DNA of 17,281 nucleotides, from assembly GCA_048885865.1 (NCBI GenBank), contig JBHLLF010000050.1, positions 1 through 17,281 on the forward strand, given 5' to 3'. The notes beneath the pieces were generated by a model. The model saw only the letters and a list, made by a program, of their open reading frames with translations, had not been told where the DNA came from and made no database searches. The DNA comes from Candidatus Hermodarchaeota archaeon. Lineage in GTDB: Archaea; Asgardarchaeota; Thorarchaeia; Thorarchaeales; Thorarchaeaceae. The position numbers and the translations under genes were made by a program. Below are positions 1-7,690 of the stretch, one piece after another. The stretch's first letter is position 1; each line of letters starts with the position of its first letter.

Positions 1-177
1 GTCATGCTAAACAAGCGAGACCTACCTAATAGAATGTCTCGAGATGAGATGCTAGACCTTCTCGGTCTTGGAGGCAATGTCCCCATCTATGAAACGATTG
101 CTGTCCAAGGCGTAGGAGTTAAGAGGGCGTTTCAGGCAATAGCGAGGGAAGTAATCCTCAAAAGAATGTACAAATGA
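1..177 (+). CDS. C-terminal part of an MglA/Arf-like small GTPase (5' end outside window)
   Basis: Frame 1 reads VMLNKRDLPNRMSRDEMLDLLGLGGNVPIYETIAVQGVGVKRAFQAIAREVILKRMYK* (TGA 175-177). It has the G4 motif NKRD and a G5-like ETIA..G.GV, and lies directly upstream of a roadblock gene. Not in the ORF track. Confidence 0.88.
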   Translation, partial: VMLNKRDLPNRMSRDEMLDLLGLGGNVPIYETIAVQGVGVKRAFQAIAREVILKRMYK

Positions 178-194
178 TTGACTAGGTGAAACGA

Positions 195-566
195 ATGTCA
201 GAGACCCGCGGAGACACTTTGGAAGGCGTTCTTAATGAACTTCAGGGGAGTATACCTGAGATTGAGGCGTGCGCAATAGTTAGCGTTGAAGGGCTTCCAA
301 TCGTGTCAGCTCTGCCCACAGATGTTGATGAGGCAAAGGTAGCTGCGATGACTGCAGCTATGCTGACTCTTGGCGAGAAAGCCGCAATTGAACTTGGAAA
401 GGGAAATCTAGAGCAGGTCAATATCAAAGGTATCGAAGGCTGGCTTCTTGTTATTCAGGCTGGAATGAACGCATGCCTTACAGTATCTACTACTGCCAGT
501 GCAAAGCTAGGAATGGTCTTTCTTGAAATGAAGCGAGCTGCTGAGAAAGTTTCTGGCATGATTTAG
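195..566 (+). CDS. Roadblock/LC7 (MglB-like) domain protein
   Basis: Typical pattern IEACAIVSVEGLPIVSAL...VAAMTAAMLTLGEKAAIELGKGNLEQVNIKG...LGMVFLEMKRAAEKV. ATG 195 is preferred over GTG 186 because AGGTGA (184-189) is an SD-like motif. Confidence 0.92.
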   Translation: MSETRGDTLEGVLNELQGSIPEIEACAIVSVEGLPIVSALPTDVDEAKVAAMTAAMLTLGEKAAIELGKGNLEQVNIKGIEGWLLVIQAGMNACLTVSTTASAKLGMVFLEMKRAAEKVSGMI

Positions 567-646
567 CCATAGTACACACACTGACCCAACATCAAGCCTT
601 TTAGGGGATGCACTTAGATTCAGAGTGAAATAGGAAGTGCAGTTGA

Positions 647-1414
647 GTGAATCTAACAGGCCCTGTGTACAGGCTCTATGAATACTTTCTACATAGGCAG
701 TTACACAAAGACAAGACGCCTCGTCATGTTGGAATTATTCTAGACGGAAATCGCCGATATGCACGTCAACATGGACTTGAGGTCCCTTGGTTCGGGCACC
801 AAAAAGGCGCTCAGAAGGTCATGGAGGTCTTGAAAATCCTCTGGGAGGCTGGAGTCAAGGTCTGCACTCTCTATGCCTTCTCGGTAGAAAACTTCCAGCG
901 AAGCCAAGATGAAGTCGATGAGATAATGGCCATTGCCAAAGACAAGTTCAGCGAGGTAGTAGGTAATCCGGATGTGCACAAACACAGGGTTCGTATCCAA
1001 GCTATCGGAAGGGTAGACCTCTTGCCAGACGAAGTCCAACTGGCTATAGCACAGGCTGAAGAGGAAACTCTGGACTACAATGATCACATTCTGAATGTTG
1101 CCATTGGTTATTCAGGTAGAGCAGAACTCGTGGATGCGGTACAGGCCATTGGAGAGAAGATTCAGTCAGGCAGTCTAGATCCTTCCAAAGTCGATGAAGA
1201 ATTGATTGAGAAACACCTCTATACCAACGGCATCCCTGATCCAGACCTGATAATTAGAACATCAGGTGAAGAACGCCTGTCAGGTTTCCTTCTCTGGCAG
1301 TCTGCCTATTCAGAGCTATATTTCGCACAGATGTACTGGCCTGCCGTTAGACGGATTGATATCTGGAGAGCACTTAGATCATATGAACGAAGGGCTCGTC
1401 GCTTTGGTTCATGA
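647..1414 (+). CDS. uppS: cis-prenyltransferase (undecaprenyl/polyprenyl diphosphate synthase)
   Basis: Motifs HVGIILDGNRRYA, GHQKG, LYAFSVENFQR, PDLIIRTSGEERLSGFLLWQSAYSELYF and C-terminal RRFG. Confidence 0.95.
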   Translation: MNLTGPVYRLYEYFLHRQLHKDKTPRHVGIILDGNRRYARQHGLEVPWFGHQKGAQKVMEVLKILWEAGVKVCTLYAFSVENFQRSQDEVDEIMAIAKDKFSEVVGNPDVHKHRVRIQAIGRVDLLPDEVQLAIAQAEEETLDYNDHILNVAIGYSGRAELVDAVQAIGEKIQSGSLDPSKVDEELIEKHLYTNGIPDPDLIIRTSGEERLSGFLLWQSAYSELYFAQMYWPAVRRIDIWRALRSYERRARRFGS

Positions 1415-1441
1415 GCTAACTGTAATTTGGTGACACAGCGC

Positions 1442-1478
1442 TTTATATTGCTCTAACACCTCTTCGATTGAACGGAGG
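1442..1478 (+). promoter_or_regulatory. Archaeal TATA box and Shine-Dalgarno for the 1490 ORF
   Basis: TTTATAT at 1442-1448 and GGAGG at 1474-1478, upstream of TTG 1490. Confidence 0.55.
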
Positions 1479-1489
1479 AGACTATATCC

Positions 1490-2686
1490 TTGGCACGAAA
1501 GCCAATTGACGTCTACCAAGGTCTGATTAAGACAAAGCTCTCGGTAGACAGTGTTTCACATATCGATTCTGTAGTTGGACGTTATGAGGACCACATGCTT
1601 GTTGGCCAGAAGCTCTCCTTTCACCTCAGAAGGTTCGTAGAATTCTGGAGCAGACACTACGCATTCCTTGATAACCGTGAAACGACGACTCTCTCCGACC
1701 TAACGATAGCCATAGATTTGCTGGACTATTTCACATCCACTTCTAAATGGTGGACAATGACAAGAGAGGATCCCGGACTTGTCTTGAGGCTTCCATCCCG
1801 CGACCCTCGAGAATTCATCAAATCGATTCCGCTAATTCAGATGGTGGGTGAAACTCTCGGTCGGGTTACTGGTGCAAGAGACCGTCTCGTTCGCTTTTTA
1901 GAGGAACATGAATTGGGCGACGATAGAACTCGTGCAGTACTGGCCGAATATCTAGTATCGATTTGGCTGCTTCTTTGTGGCTTTTCCTGCAAGGGGCAGG
2001 GACGGAACATCACAACGGAAGAAGATTTCGAAACTGCATATGACATTGTTCGGATTCTTCTCTTCTACATGTCCCTGAATGATTTCAAAGCACTCACGGC
2101 CGTGCGTCAGATTGCCACGGATCCTAACCTCCCTAGGATTGCAGTGATTGGTTTCTCCCCTGGGTTTGAACGAAAACTCGACTCCTCACTTGCTGCAAGC
2201 TTGGAACGTGTGCATGGCGAATATCTTACAAAAGTGGCTACTTCAACTCCCGGTGCATCAAGAAACATTCTCACAAACTCTTTGCGCATCTTAGGGCAGA
2301 TACAGGCGATGAAACTTGAGATGACTAGGATTGAGAAAGAGGACTATGACTCAATTATAGTTGGAGCTATGAACCTCCTTGAAACGCTTGATGTACCTGC
2401 AAGGCTGCTCCAGGACGAAAACGAAGTTTTAGCGCTGTTCAAGGGCCTACAACCAGAAGAAGGTTTTGAAGAGAAGCTATCTCTTCTAACAAGAAGAATA
2501 GAGGGATTGCTTGTAGACTCGGCTGGTAACAGGGACTACGTGCTTCAATATGCTAGAATGGTTCCGCGGATTATATCTTTGCTACTCTTGGTCGCTGCGG
2601 CAACCAAGACGGAGCCGACAGAGCCTCTTCAAGATCAGGATTTGAAGAGAGGTCTCATTCTACTCAATAGACTGTTCAGTGGCTAG
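1490..2686 (+). CDS. Hypothetical 398-aa helical protein with four ~100-aa repeats resembling AAA+ lid / histone-fold helix-strand-helix motifs
   Basis: Long ORF with TATA and SD. Recurring segments AFLDNRETTTLSDLTIAI, CKGQGRNITTEEDFETAY, AMKLEMTRIEKEDYDSII and AAATKTEPTEPLQDQDLKRGL; no Walker motifs. The CDS is well supported; the fold call is inference. Confidence 0.75.
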   Translation: MARKPIDVYQGLIKTKLSVDSVSHIDSVVGRYEDHMLVGQKLSFHLRRFVEFWSRHYAFLDNRETTTLSDLTIAIDLLDYFTSTSKWWTMTREDPGLVLRLPSRDPREFIKSIPLIQMVGETLGRVTGARDRLVRFLEEHELGDDRTRAVLAEYLVSIWLLLCGFSCKGQGRNITTEEDFETAYDIVRILLFYMSLNDFKALTAVRQIATDPNLPRIAVIGFSPGFERKLDSSLAASLERVHGEYLTKVATSTPGASRNILTNSLRILGQIQAMKLEMTRIEKEDYDSIIVGAMNLLETLDVPARLLQDENEVLALFKGLQPEEGFEEKLSLLTRRIEGLLVDSAGNRDYVLQYARMVPRIISLLLLVAAATKTEPTEPLQDQDLKRGLILLNRLFSG

Positions 2687-3422
2687 TAGAATCTCCTTTA
2701 TTGGGATCATCGATAAGGATACGGGCATCCACAACAAGTGCGCCTTTCCCCTTATCGTATACAAAGGTCGGATTGCAATCAAGTTCATTGATCTCTGGGT
2801 TCTCATCTATCATCTTTGAGACCCCCATAATCACCTCGACCAAGGCATCTACATCTCTAGGAGCTTGTCCTCGGATACCCTCCAGTATCTTGGCGGCTTT
2901 GATCTCTGATATCATTTCTCGAGCGTCAATCTCTGTGAGAGGAATGAGACGAAATGTGACATCCTTAAGGACCTCGACAAAGATTCCTCCAAGACCAAAC
3001 ATGATGGCATGACCGAATTGCGGGTCACGTGTGACTCCCACAATGACTTCTGTCCCCATATCTGCGAAGTCTGAGATGAAAACTCCTTTACTGAGGTCAA
3101 CCTCTATCCCCTTCTCTTTCCCGAATTTCTTTGCATTCTCCATTATTTCGTCAAATGCTTCACGGACCTCGTCCTCGTTCTTGAGATTGATTCTAACACC
3201 ACCTGCATCTGACTTGTGAAGAATGTCCTTAGAAAGTATCTTCAAAACAACCGGAAACCCGATTTTCTTTGATTTCTCTACTGCTTCGTCAGCTGTAGCA
3301 GCTGTGTCATAGGCAGGGATTGGGATTCCATATTCCTTCATTATGTCCTTGGCCTCATGCTCAAGAACAAAGGTCCTTCCCTCATCTAGAGCCGCTTTGA
3401 ATATCTTCTTGGCTGCTTTCAT
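2676..3422 (-). CDS. acdB: ADP-forming acetate/acyl-CoA ligase beta subunit (ATP-grasp)
   Basis: LEHEAKDIMKEYGIP, GFPVVLKILSKDILHKSDAGGV, GLGGIFVEVLKD and ELDCNP...VVDARI are characteristic of ACD beta subunits. Confidence 0.9.
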   Translation of the reverse strand: MKAAKKIFKAALDEGRTFVLEHEAKDIMKEYGIPIPAYDTAATADEAVEKSKKIGFPVVLKILSKDILHKSDAGGVRINLKNEDEVREAFDEIMENAKKFGKEKGIEVDLSKGVFISDFADMGTEVIVGVTRDPQFGHAIMFGLGGIFVEVLKDVTFRLIPLTEIDAREMISEIKAAKILEGIRGQAPRDVDALVEVIMGVSKMIDENPEINELDCNPTFVYDKGKGALVVDARILIDDPNKGDSTSH

Positions 3423-3569
3423 CCTTCTTCAGACCTCTCTGCATTTGCTGGCATGTCGGTCTTATTTATCATTTGAGGCAGGAACTGTCTTTTTGAACTT
3501 GCCTCCACACCCGGTTCCATAACACAATTCTAATAGCAGCACGCTATAAGCAGACTATGAGGCACGATC

Positions 3570-4577
3570 TTGGGATTTGACATACTTACTGATGGTCAGG
3601 CCATCATGGATTCCTCAAGTGCTGATTTTGAAAATCAAATGAGAGCGGCCTATGAGAGTCGATTTGAGGTGTTTGGAGCCGAATTACTATGCTACAGTCC
3701 CACTGCCTATCCCTACAAGATAGATGACCATCAACAGGTCAGCCGCCACAATTTCATCTCTATTAGTGTCACAGGCACATCCTGTTCTCTTCAGTGTGAT
3801 CATTGTGAAGGACGTCTTCTCAAGGGGATGGAACCTGCAATGACTCCTGACCAACTCGTTCAGGTATGTAAGGAGGTGAGAATGCGTGGAGCAGAGGGAG
3901 TATTGATCAGTGGAGGGTCTGATTCAAAGGGCCACGTTCCGCTTTCTCAGTTTGGAGAGGCAATAAAGACAGCCACCTTGGAACTAGGTCTCAAAGTCGT
4001 TGTCCATACCGGCCTTGTCGATGACAAGACCGTTCAATTGTTGAAGGAAGCATCAATCGATGCTGCAATGCTGGACATAATCGGAAGCAGAGAGGTCTCA
4101 GAGAGGGTCTATCACTTGGAAGATGGCCCCGAGCGCATGGAACAATCACTCGAATTGCTATATGCAGCAGGCATTCCAACTGTTCCACACGTCTTAGTGG
4201 GACTTGATTACGGTTCACTTGGAGGCGAGATGGAGGCTCTAGACATGATATCTCGCACTAACCCGGCCGGAGTGGTGATTATCGCTCTGAGCCCATTGCG
4301 GAAGACTCCAATGGCTTCTGCTATGCCACCTTCTGCGGAATCAATAGGCAAAGTTCTCACCGTCGCTCGCCTGGCAATGAAAGAAACACCAGTCCTACTC
4401 GGATGTGCAAGACCAATAGGACAACACAAGATAGAGACAGACAGGTATGCCCTTCAAAGTGGAGTCAACGGAATCGCATACATAAGCCAAGAAGGTGTCG
4501 ACTACGCAAAGTCACTCGGTCTAAAGCCGGTGTTTAGGGATGTGTGTTGCAGTCTTGCCTATGAAATAATCAGGTAG
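3570..4577 (+). CDS. lipS1: Radical SAM protein, biotin-synthase-like; probably LipS1-type archaeal lipoyl synthase component
   Basis: CxxxCxxC (CSLQCDHC) and LISGG, plus GCAR and C-terminal CC (VCCS), the GC(M/A)R and CC signatures recalled for Thermococcus LipS1. Start may be ATG 3606. Confidence 0.72.
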   Translation: MGFDILTDGQAIMDSSSADFENQMRAAYESRFEVFGAELLCYSPTAYPYKIDDHQQVSRHNFISISVTGTSCSLQCDHCEGRLLKGMEPAMTPDQLVQVCKEVRMRGAEGVLISGGSDSKGHVPLSQFGEAIKTATLELGLKVVVHTGLVDDKTVQLLKEASIDAAMLDIIGSREVSERVYHLEDGPERMEQSLELLYAAGIPTVPHVLVGLDYGSLGGEMEALDMISRTNPAGVVIIALSPLRKTPMASAMPPSAESIGKVLTVARLAMKETPVLLGCARPIGQHKIETDRYALQSGVNGIAYISQEGVDYAKSLGLKPVFRDVCCSLAYEIIR

Positions 4578-5139
4578 TCCATCTGCTGACAACAAAACTC
4601 GCAAGCTCATACCCCAGGTCAAAAAACCACAGCCCGACAGCTGCGGCAAAGAAACCAGTCCATATGATTGACAGGAGGACTACTGATACTTTCAAAGTGA
4701 ATCTATAATAGAAAAAGTACGATATCCATTGTTTCTTGCCACTATCTGCCCAGTCGTTCCCACGTTCGTCTACTATTGCTGCCAGAAGCAAGATGATTAG
4801 GAGAGCAGAGAGCATCACTCCGTTGGATATTGCAGGTATACCGCGCAGCAAGAGCAATGCACCTATCATGATGAAACCAACTAGAAACTGAGGCCTGTTT
4901 ACCTTCCCTGACAATAGAACTCCAATGACGATTGCACTCAGAAGAACCAGATCCCATTCAGACAGTGTCATAATTTGGCCAAATAGCACTCCTGAGAGCG
5001 CCAGGGGCACAACTGCAGCAGTTGGTCGATTTAGTTCATCAAGAAGGTCATCACCTATCTTTAGAGTCAAGCCAGCCAGTAAATATGCAGCATAGTAAAT
5101 AAGCCACTCAATCACCAAGTTCGCCATCCAGGAATTCAC
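4570..5139 (-). CDS. Archaeal multi-pass membrane protein of unknown function
   Basis: About 6 hydrophobic segments with acidic motifs KIGDDLLDE and IVDERGNDWAD; 8-nt convergent overlap with the radical SAM gene. Confidence 0.8.
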   Translation of the reverse strand: MNSWMANLVIEWLIYYAAYLLAGLTLKIGDDLLDELNRPTAAVVPLALSGVLFGQIMTLSEWDLVLLSAIVIGVLLSGKVNRPQFLVGFIMIGALLLLRGIPAISNGVMLSALLIILLLAAIVDERGNDWADSGKKQWISYFFYYRFTLKVSVVLLSIIWTGFFAAAVGLWFFDLGYELASFVVSRWTT

Positions 5140-5155
5140 TGTGGATTAGAATAGT

Positions 5156-5227
5156 GGCTCCTCAGTCTAACTATGACTCGTCGCTGGGCATTTCTGCCCT
5201 CAGATAGCCAATTGCATCATCGGAGCC
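5156..5227 (-). ncRNA. Double-guide box C/D methylation guide sRNA targeting LSU (23S) rRNA
   Basis: Minus strand: GGCUCC-G-AUGAUGC(C)-AAUUGGCUAU-CUGA(D')-GGGCA GAAA UGCCC-A-GCGACGA(C')-GUCAUAGUUAGA-CUGA(D)-GGAGCC. It has a 6-bp terminal stem and two K-turn geometries. The guides are complementary to the conserved LSU rRNA sequences UAACUAUGAC (H69) and GUAGCCAA. Confidence 0.85.
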
Positions 5228-5270
5228 TAGTCTGCATTCGATGATTGATTGATAAAAGTTGGTACATGTT

Positions 5271-5555
5271 CTACTGAAGAACCACCGGAGTTCCTATGGC
5301 CTGTCCGGGTAGGTTTGTGTGGAATTTGGCACGCACAACGCCACTATTTCCATGAGGTCCCAGAACCTTCCCCAAAAACTCCCTTCCGGTTTCTGAAGTC
5401 CATTTCACTCTCCGACCCACAATTGTAGCAGCTTCGGCACGAGTCTTGATGGCGTCGAATAGCAAGAGCACTTGATTGGGATGCTGAAGGTGCTTGCCTC
5501 TTCTATAGCTTGTAACAACACCTTGTAGACCCTTCTTGACTTCTTTCTTGGACAA
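5271..5555 (-). CDS. rpl35ae: 50S ribosomal protein L35Ae (eL33)
   Basis: GVVTSYRRGKHLQHPNQVLL...GRRVKW...GKVLGPHGNSGVVRAKFHTNLPGQAIG is the L35Ae signature. True start is probably TTG at 5555, preceded by AGGAGG and TTATAT (5601-5606, - strand), not 5708. Confidence 0.93.
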   Translation of the reverse strand: MSKKEVKKGLQGVVTSYRRGKHLQHPNQVLLLFDAIKTRAEAATIVGRRVKWTSETGREFLGKVLGPHGNSGVVRAKFHTNLPGQAIGTPVVLQ

Positions 5556-5631
5556 GTGGAGTTCCTCCTGAGGAGTTGTCGTTGACGCCCTGGAGTTGGA
5601 ATATAAGAGTTGTGTCATGGGAACAGTTAGG

Positions 5632-6264
5632 TCACACAATTCCAGGGCCCTTATCGGAATCTGGTTTCCTGCCAATCTCAGACATATGTGAATCGATGCG
5701 TTCTGCAATGGCTTTACTCTTCTCCATCAGAACATCACGCACCGACCACCCAATAACATCCTGTTGTTGTGCAATTTTGAATAGTGCAAACCAAATCTGC
5801 CCATCAGCATATGCTCCTGCTTGATATAGCTCTTCCACCATCTGCCCTATGATACCAATCCTGTCAACCGAGTCATCAATTCTCTTGAGAATGACCTTTT
5901 CCTTCTTCAGAACCTCTCTGACACGCATAATCATCTGAACCGAGCTAAGAGCTGACAACACAACAACAAAGAGTGTAATGGCAAACAGTTCAAGGACCAA
6001 TTCAACGCCCCCTCTCGGGTAGAGAATTGCCACTATTGATCCAACTAGGATTATCTCAAAGACGATTCCCTCAATGACGATGTTTAGAAGGTTCTTGATT
6101 CTCCAAGCATAGTATCTGGCGAGTGATGATTTTGGTTTGCGGAAGTTCATGATGGAGTTTAGATATGCATTCCGTCCACCCCTCACAATATAGATGAGAA
6201 TTCCCTGCAAGAATAGAGCGGTTATCACAATGGTGAAGGAATAGAGGTTGACAAGGGTCTGCAT
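5632..6264 (-). CDS. Hypothetical membrane protein (3 TM + soluble C-terminal helical domain)
   Basis: 210-aa ORF with three hydrophobic segments. TATA-like CTTTTAAAC on the minus strand at 6287-6295 is consistent with a leaderless transcript. Confidence 0.8.
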   Translation of the reverse strand: MQTLVNLYSFTIVITALFLQGILIYIVRGGRNAYLNSIMNFRKPKSSLARYYAWRIKNLLNIVIEGIVFEIILVGSIVAILYPRGGVELVLELFAITLFVVVLSALSSVQMIMRVREVLKKEKVILKRIDDSVDRIGIIGQMVEELYQAGAYADGQIWFALFKIAQQQDVIGWSVRDVLMEKSKAIAERIDSHMSEIGRKPDSDKGPGIV

Positions 6265-6409
6265 AGCTACACATATTCGCTACGTTGTTTAAAAGCTATT
6301 GAAGTGCGCCTGACAAATTACTTTCGGTCCACTCTCCAGACCCAACAAGTATCCGAAAGCGCATATTTCCCTGCAGAAAGGGCTAACCATGTCTAATACA
6401 GTGTAAGTC

Positions 6410-6478
6410 ATACTCGATTCGTTTTGGGTATACGCGGGTCCGGGTGTGGCCCTCCCGGAATACAACCTGGGCTCGCGT
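6410..6478 (+). other. Tandem stable RNA hairpins upstream of deoxyhypusine synthase (structured leader or small ncRNA)
   Basis: AUACUCGA/UUGGGUAU (6410-6431) abuts the 14-bp stem ACGCGGGUCCGGGU/ACCUGGGCUCGCGU (6432-6478). The G-U pairs work only on the + strand. A pyrimidine-rich tract follows. Confidence 0.5.
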
Positions 6479-6526
6479 CTTATTCTTCATCTTACGAATG
6501 ACTTATCTCGGGACCTAAGACTCTCG

Positions 6527-7459
6527 ATGTCTGTGCCCGACATGAGACCTGTACGTCACATAGACCCAGCTGATGACATAACTCTACGTAGCATTCTAGA
6601 ATCCATGAGAGATGTAGGTGTCCTTGGAGCTGGGCGGCTTGGGAGAGCCGCATCAATTGTTGCGCGTATGTTTAAGGACTCTGACTGTTTCAAGTTCCTA
6701 TCACTCTCCGGCCCAATGGTCCCTGGTGGTCTAAGGGGAATAATCTGCCATCTAGTAGCGGGTGGACATATCAACGCCATCATCACAAGCGGCGCGAACA
6801 TCGTTCATGACCTCGTTGAAGCATATGGAGGAGCACATTACCGGGTACCGCCTCAGAAGGATGACCATGAACTAAGAGAGGCAGGGATGGGCAGGATTGC
6901 AGATCTCTACGTAGAGGAGAAGGACTTTGAAGTCTTCGAGAAGGAAATCTACGAATTCCTTGATATGCTTCCTGATGAGAAAATGACAGGTCTTGCTCCG
7001 AGTGAGTTCATGTCGGAATTGGGTGGCACTCTGAAAGATGACGCATCGATAGTGCGACAGGCTGCCCTCCACAATGTTCCTATATTCTCACCTGGACTGA
7101 TGGACTCGATGCTGGGGTTCCATATGTACACTTACAGTACCACGAAACCTTTTGCACTTGACTTTGTGAAAGACCTACGAATTCTGGGAGAGATTGTGAC
7201 AAATGCCAAGAAGACAGGTGCAATTATGCTGGGTGGTGGCCTTACAAAGCACTTTACCATGGGCTCGACCATATTACGGGGAGGCCTCGATATGGCTGTC
7301 CAAATCACGCTCGACCGTCCTGAAGGCGGCAGTCTTGGCGGTGCGCCTCTGGTCGAAGGGATTTCATGGCAAAAGGTTCAGACCGAAGCTCGATTTGAAA
7401 CAGTCATTGGCGATGCAACGATTATCTTTCCAATCCTAATTCTAGGTGTACTCAGCTAG
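6527..7459 (+). CDS. dys: Deoxyhypusine synthase
   Basis: LSLSGPMVPGGLRG, ITSGANIVHDLVEA, GRIADLYV, LGGGLTKHF and EGISWQK (catalytic Lys retained), ending GDATIIFP. ATG 6527 (or 6542) is preferred; the 6446 GTG lies inside an RNA hairpin. Confidence 0.93.
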   Translation: MSVPDMRPVRHIDPADDITLRSILESMRDVGVLGAGRLGRAASIVARMFKDSDCFKFLSLSGPMVPGGLRGIICHLVAGGHINAIITSGANIVHDLVEAYGGAHYRVPPQKDDHELREAGMGRIADLYVEEKDFEVFEKEIYEFLDMLPDEKMTGLAPSEFMSELGGTLKDDASIVRQAALHNVPIFSPGLMDSMLGFHMYTYSTTKPFALDFVKDLRILGEIVTNAKKTGAIMLGGGLTKHFTMGSTILRGGLDMAVQITLDRPEGGSLGGAPLVEGISWQKVQTEARFETVIGDATIIFPILILGVLS

Positions 7460-7468
7460 TATCTGACC

Positions 7469-7690
7469 TCAATAGTCAGATGAGCGTGCCATCGCAATAA
7501 GTCCAATCAGCATGATTAATGCGCCTATGTACAGATGCTGTAGATGAAACCCACCTATTATAATGGGGGGGAAATCCGGCATCCAGTGCAGCCAATCTGT
7601 GCCTGGTACAAAGTCATGAAGGTCATCTACAAAGATAGCCAGTCCAATTACAAAGAGTATTGCTCCAGGAATCTTCGAAATCTCTCTCAC
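7469..7690 (-). CDS. Small two-TM membrane protein with His/Asp motif
   Basis: 73 aa, GGAGGAGA SD right before GTG, two hydrophobic helices, DDLHD and GFHLQHLYIG motifs. Confidence 0.75.
   Translation of the reverse strand: MREISKIPGAILFVIGLAIFVDDLHDFVPGTDWLHWMPDFPPIIIGGFHLQHLYIGALIMLIGLIAMARSSDY

Noticed and set aside
609-641. TGCACTT/AAGTGCA inverted repeat upstream of uppS
   Set aside because: Only 7 bp with a 19-nt spacer; not distinguishable from chance without comparative data.
5556-5708. 51-aa N-terminal extension of L35Ae in the ORF track
   Set aside because: Overlaps the upstream gene and the TATA/SD signals; homology starts at TTG 5555.
6432-6478. SECIS element or H/ACA guide RNA
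   Set aside because: It lies between divergent non-selenoprotein genes and lacks the GAA/A or AUGA/GA core, a pseudouridylation pocket and a 3' ACA box.
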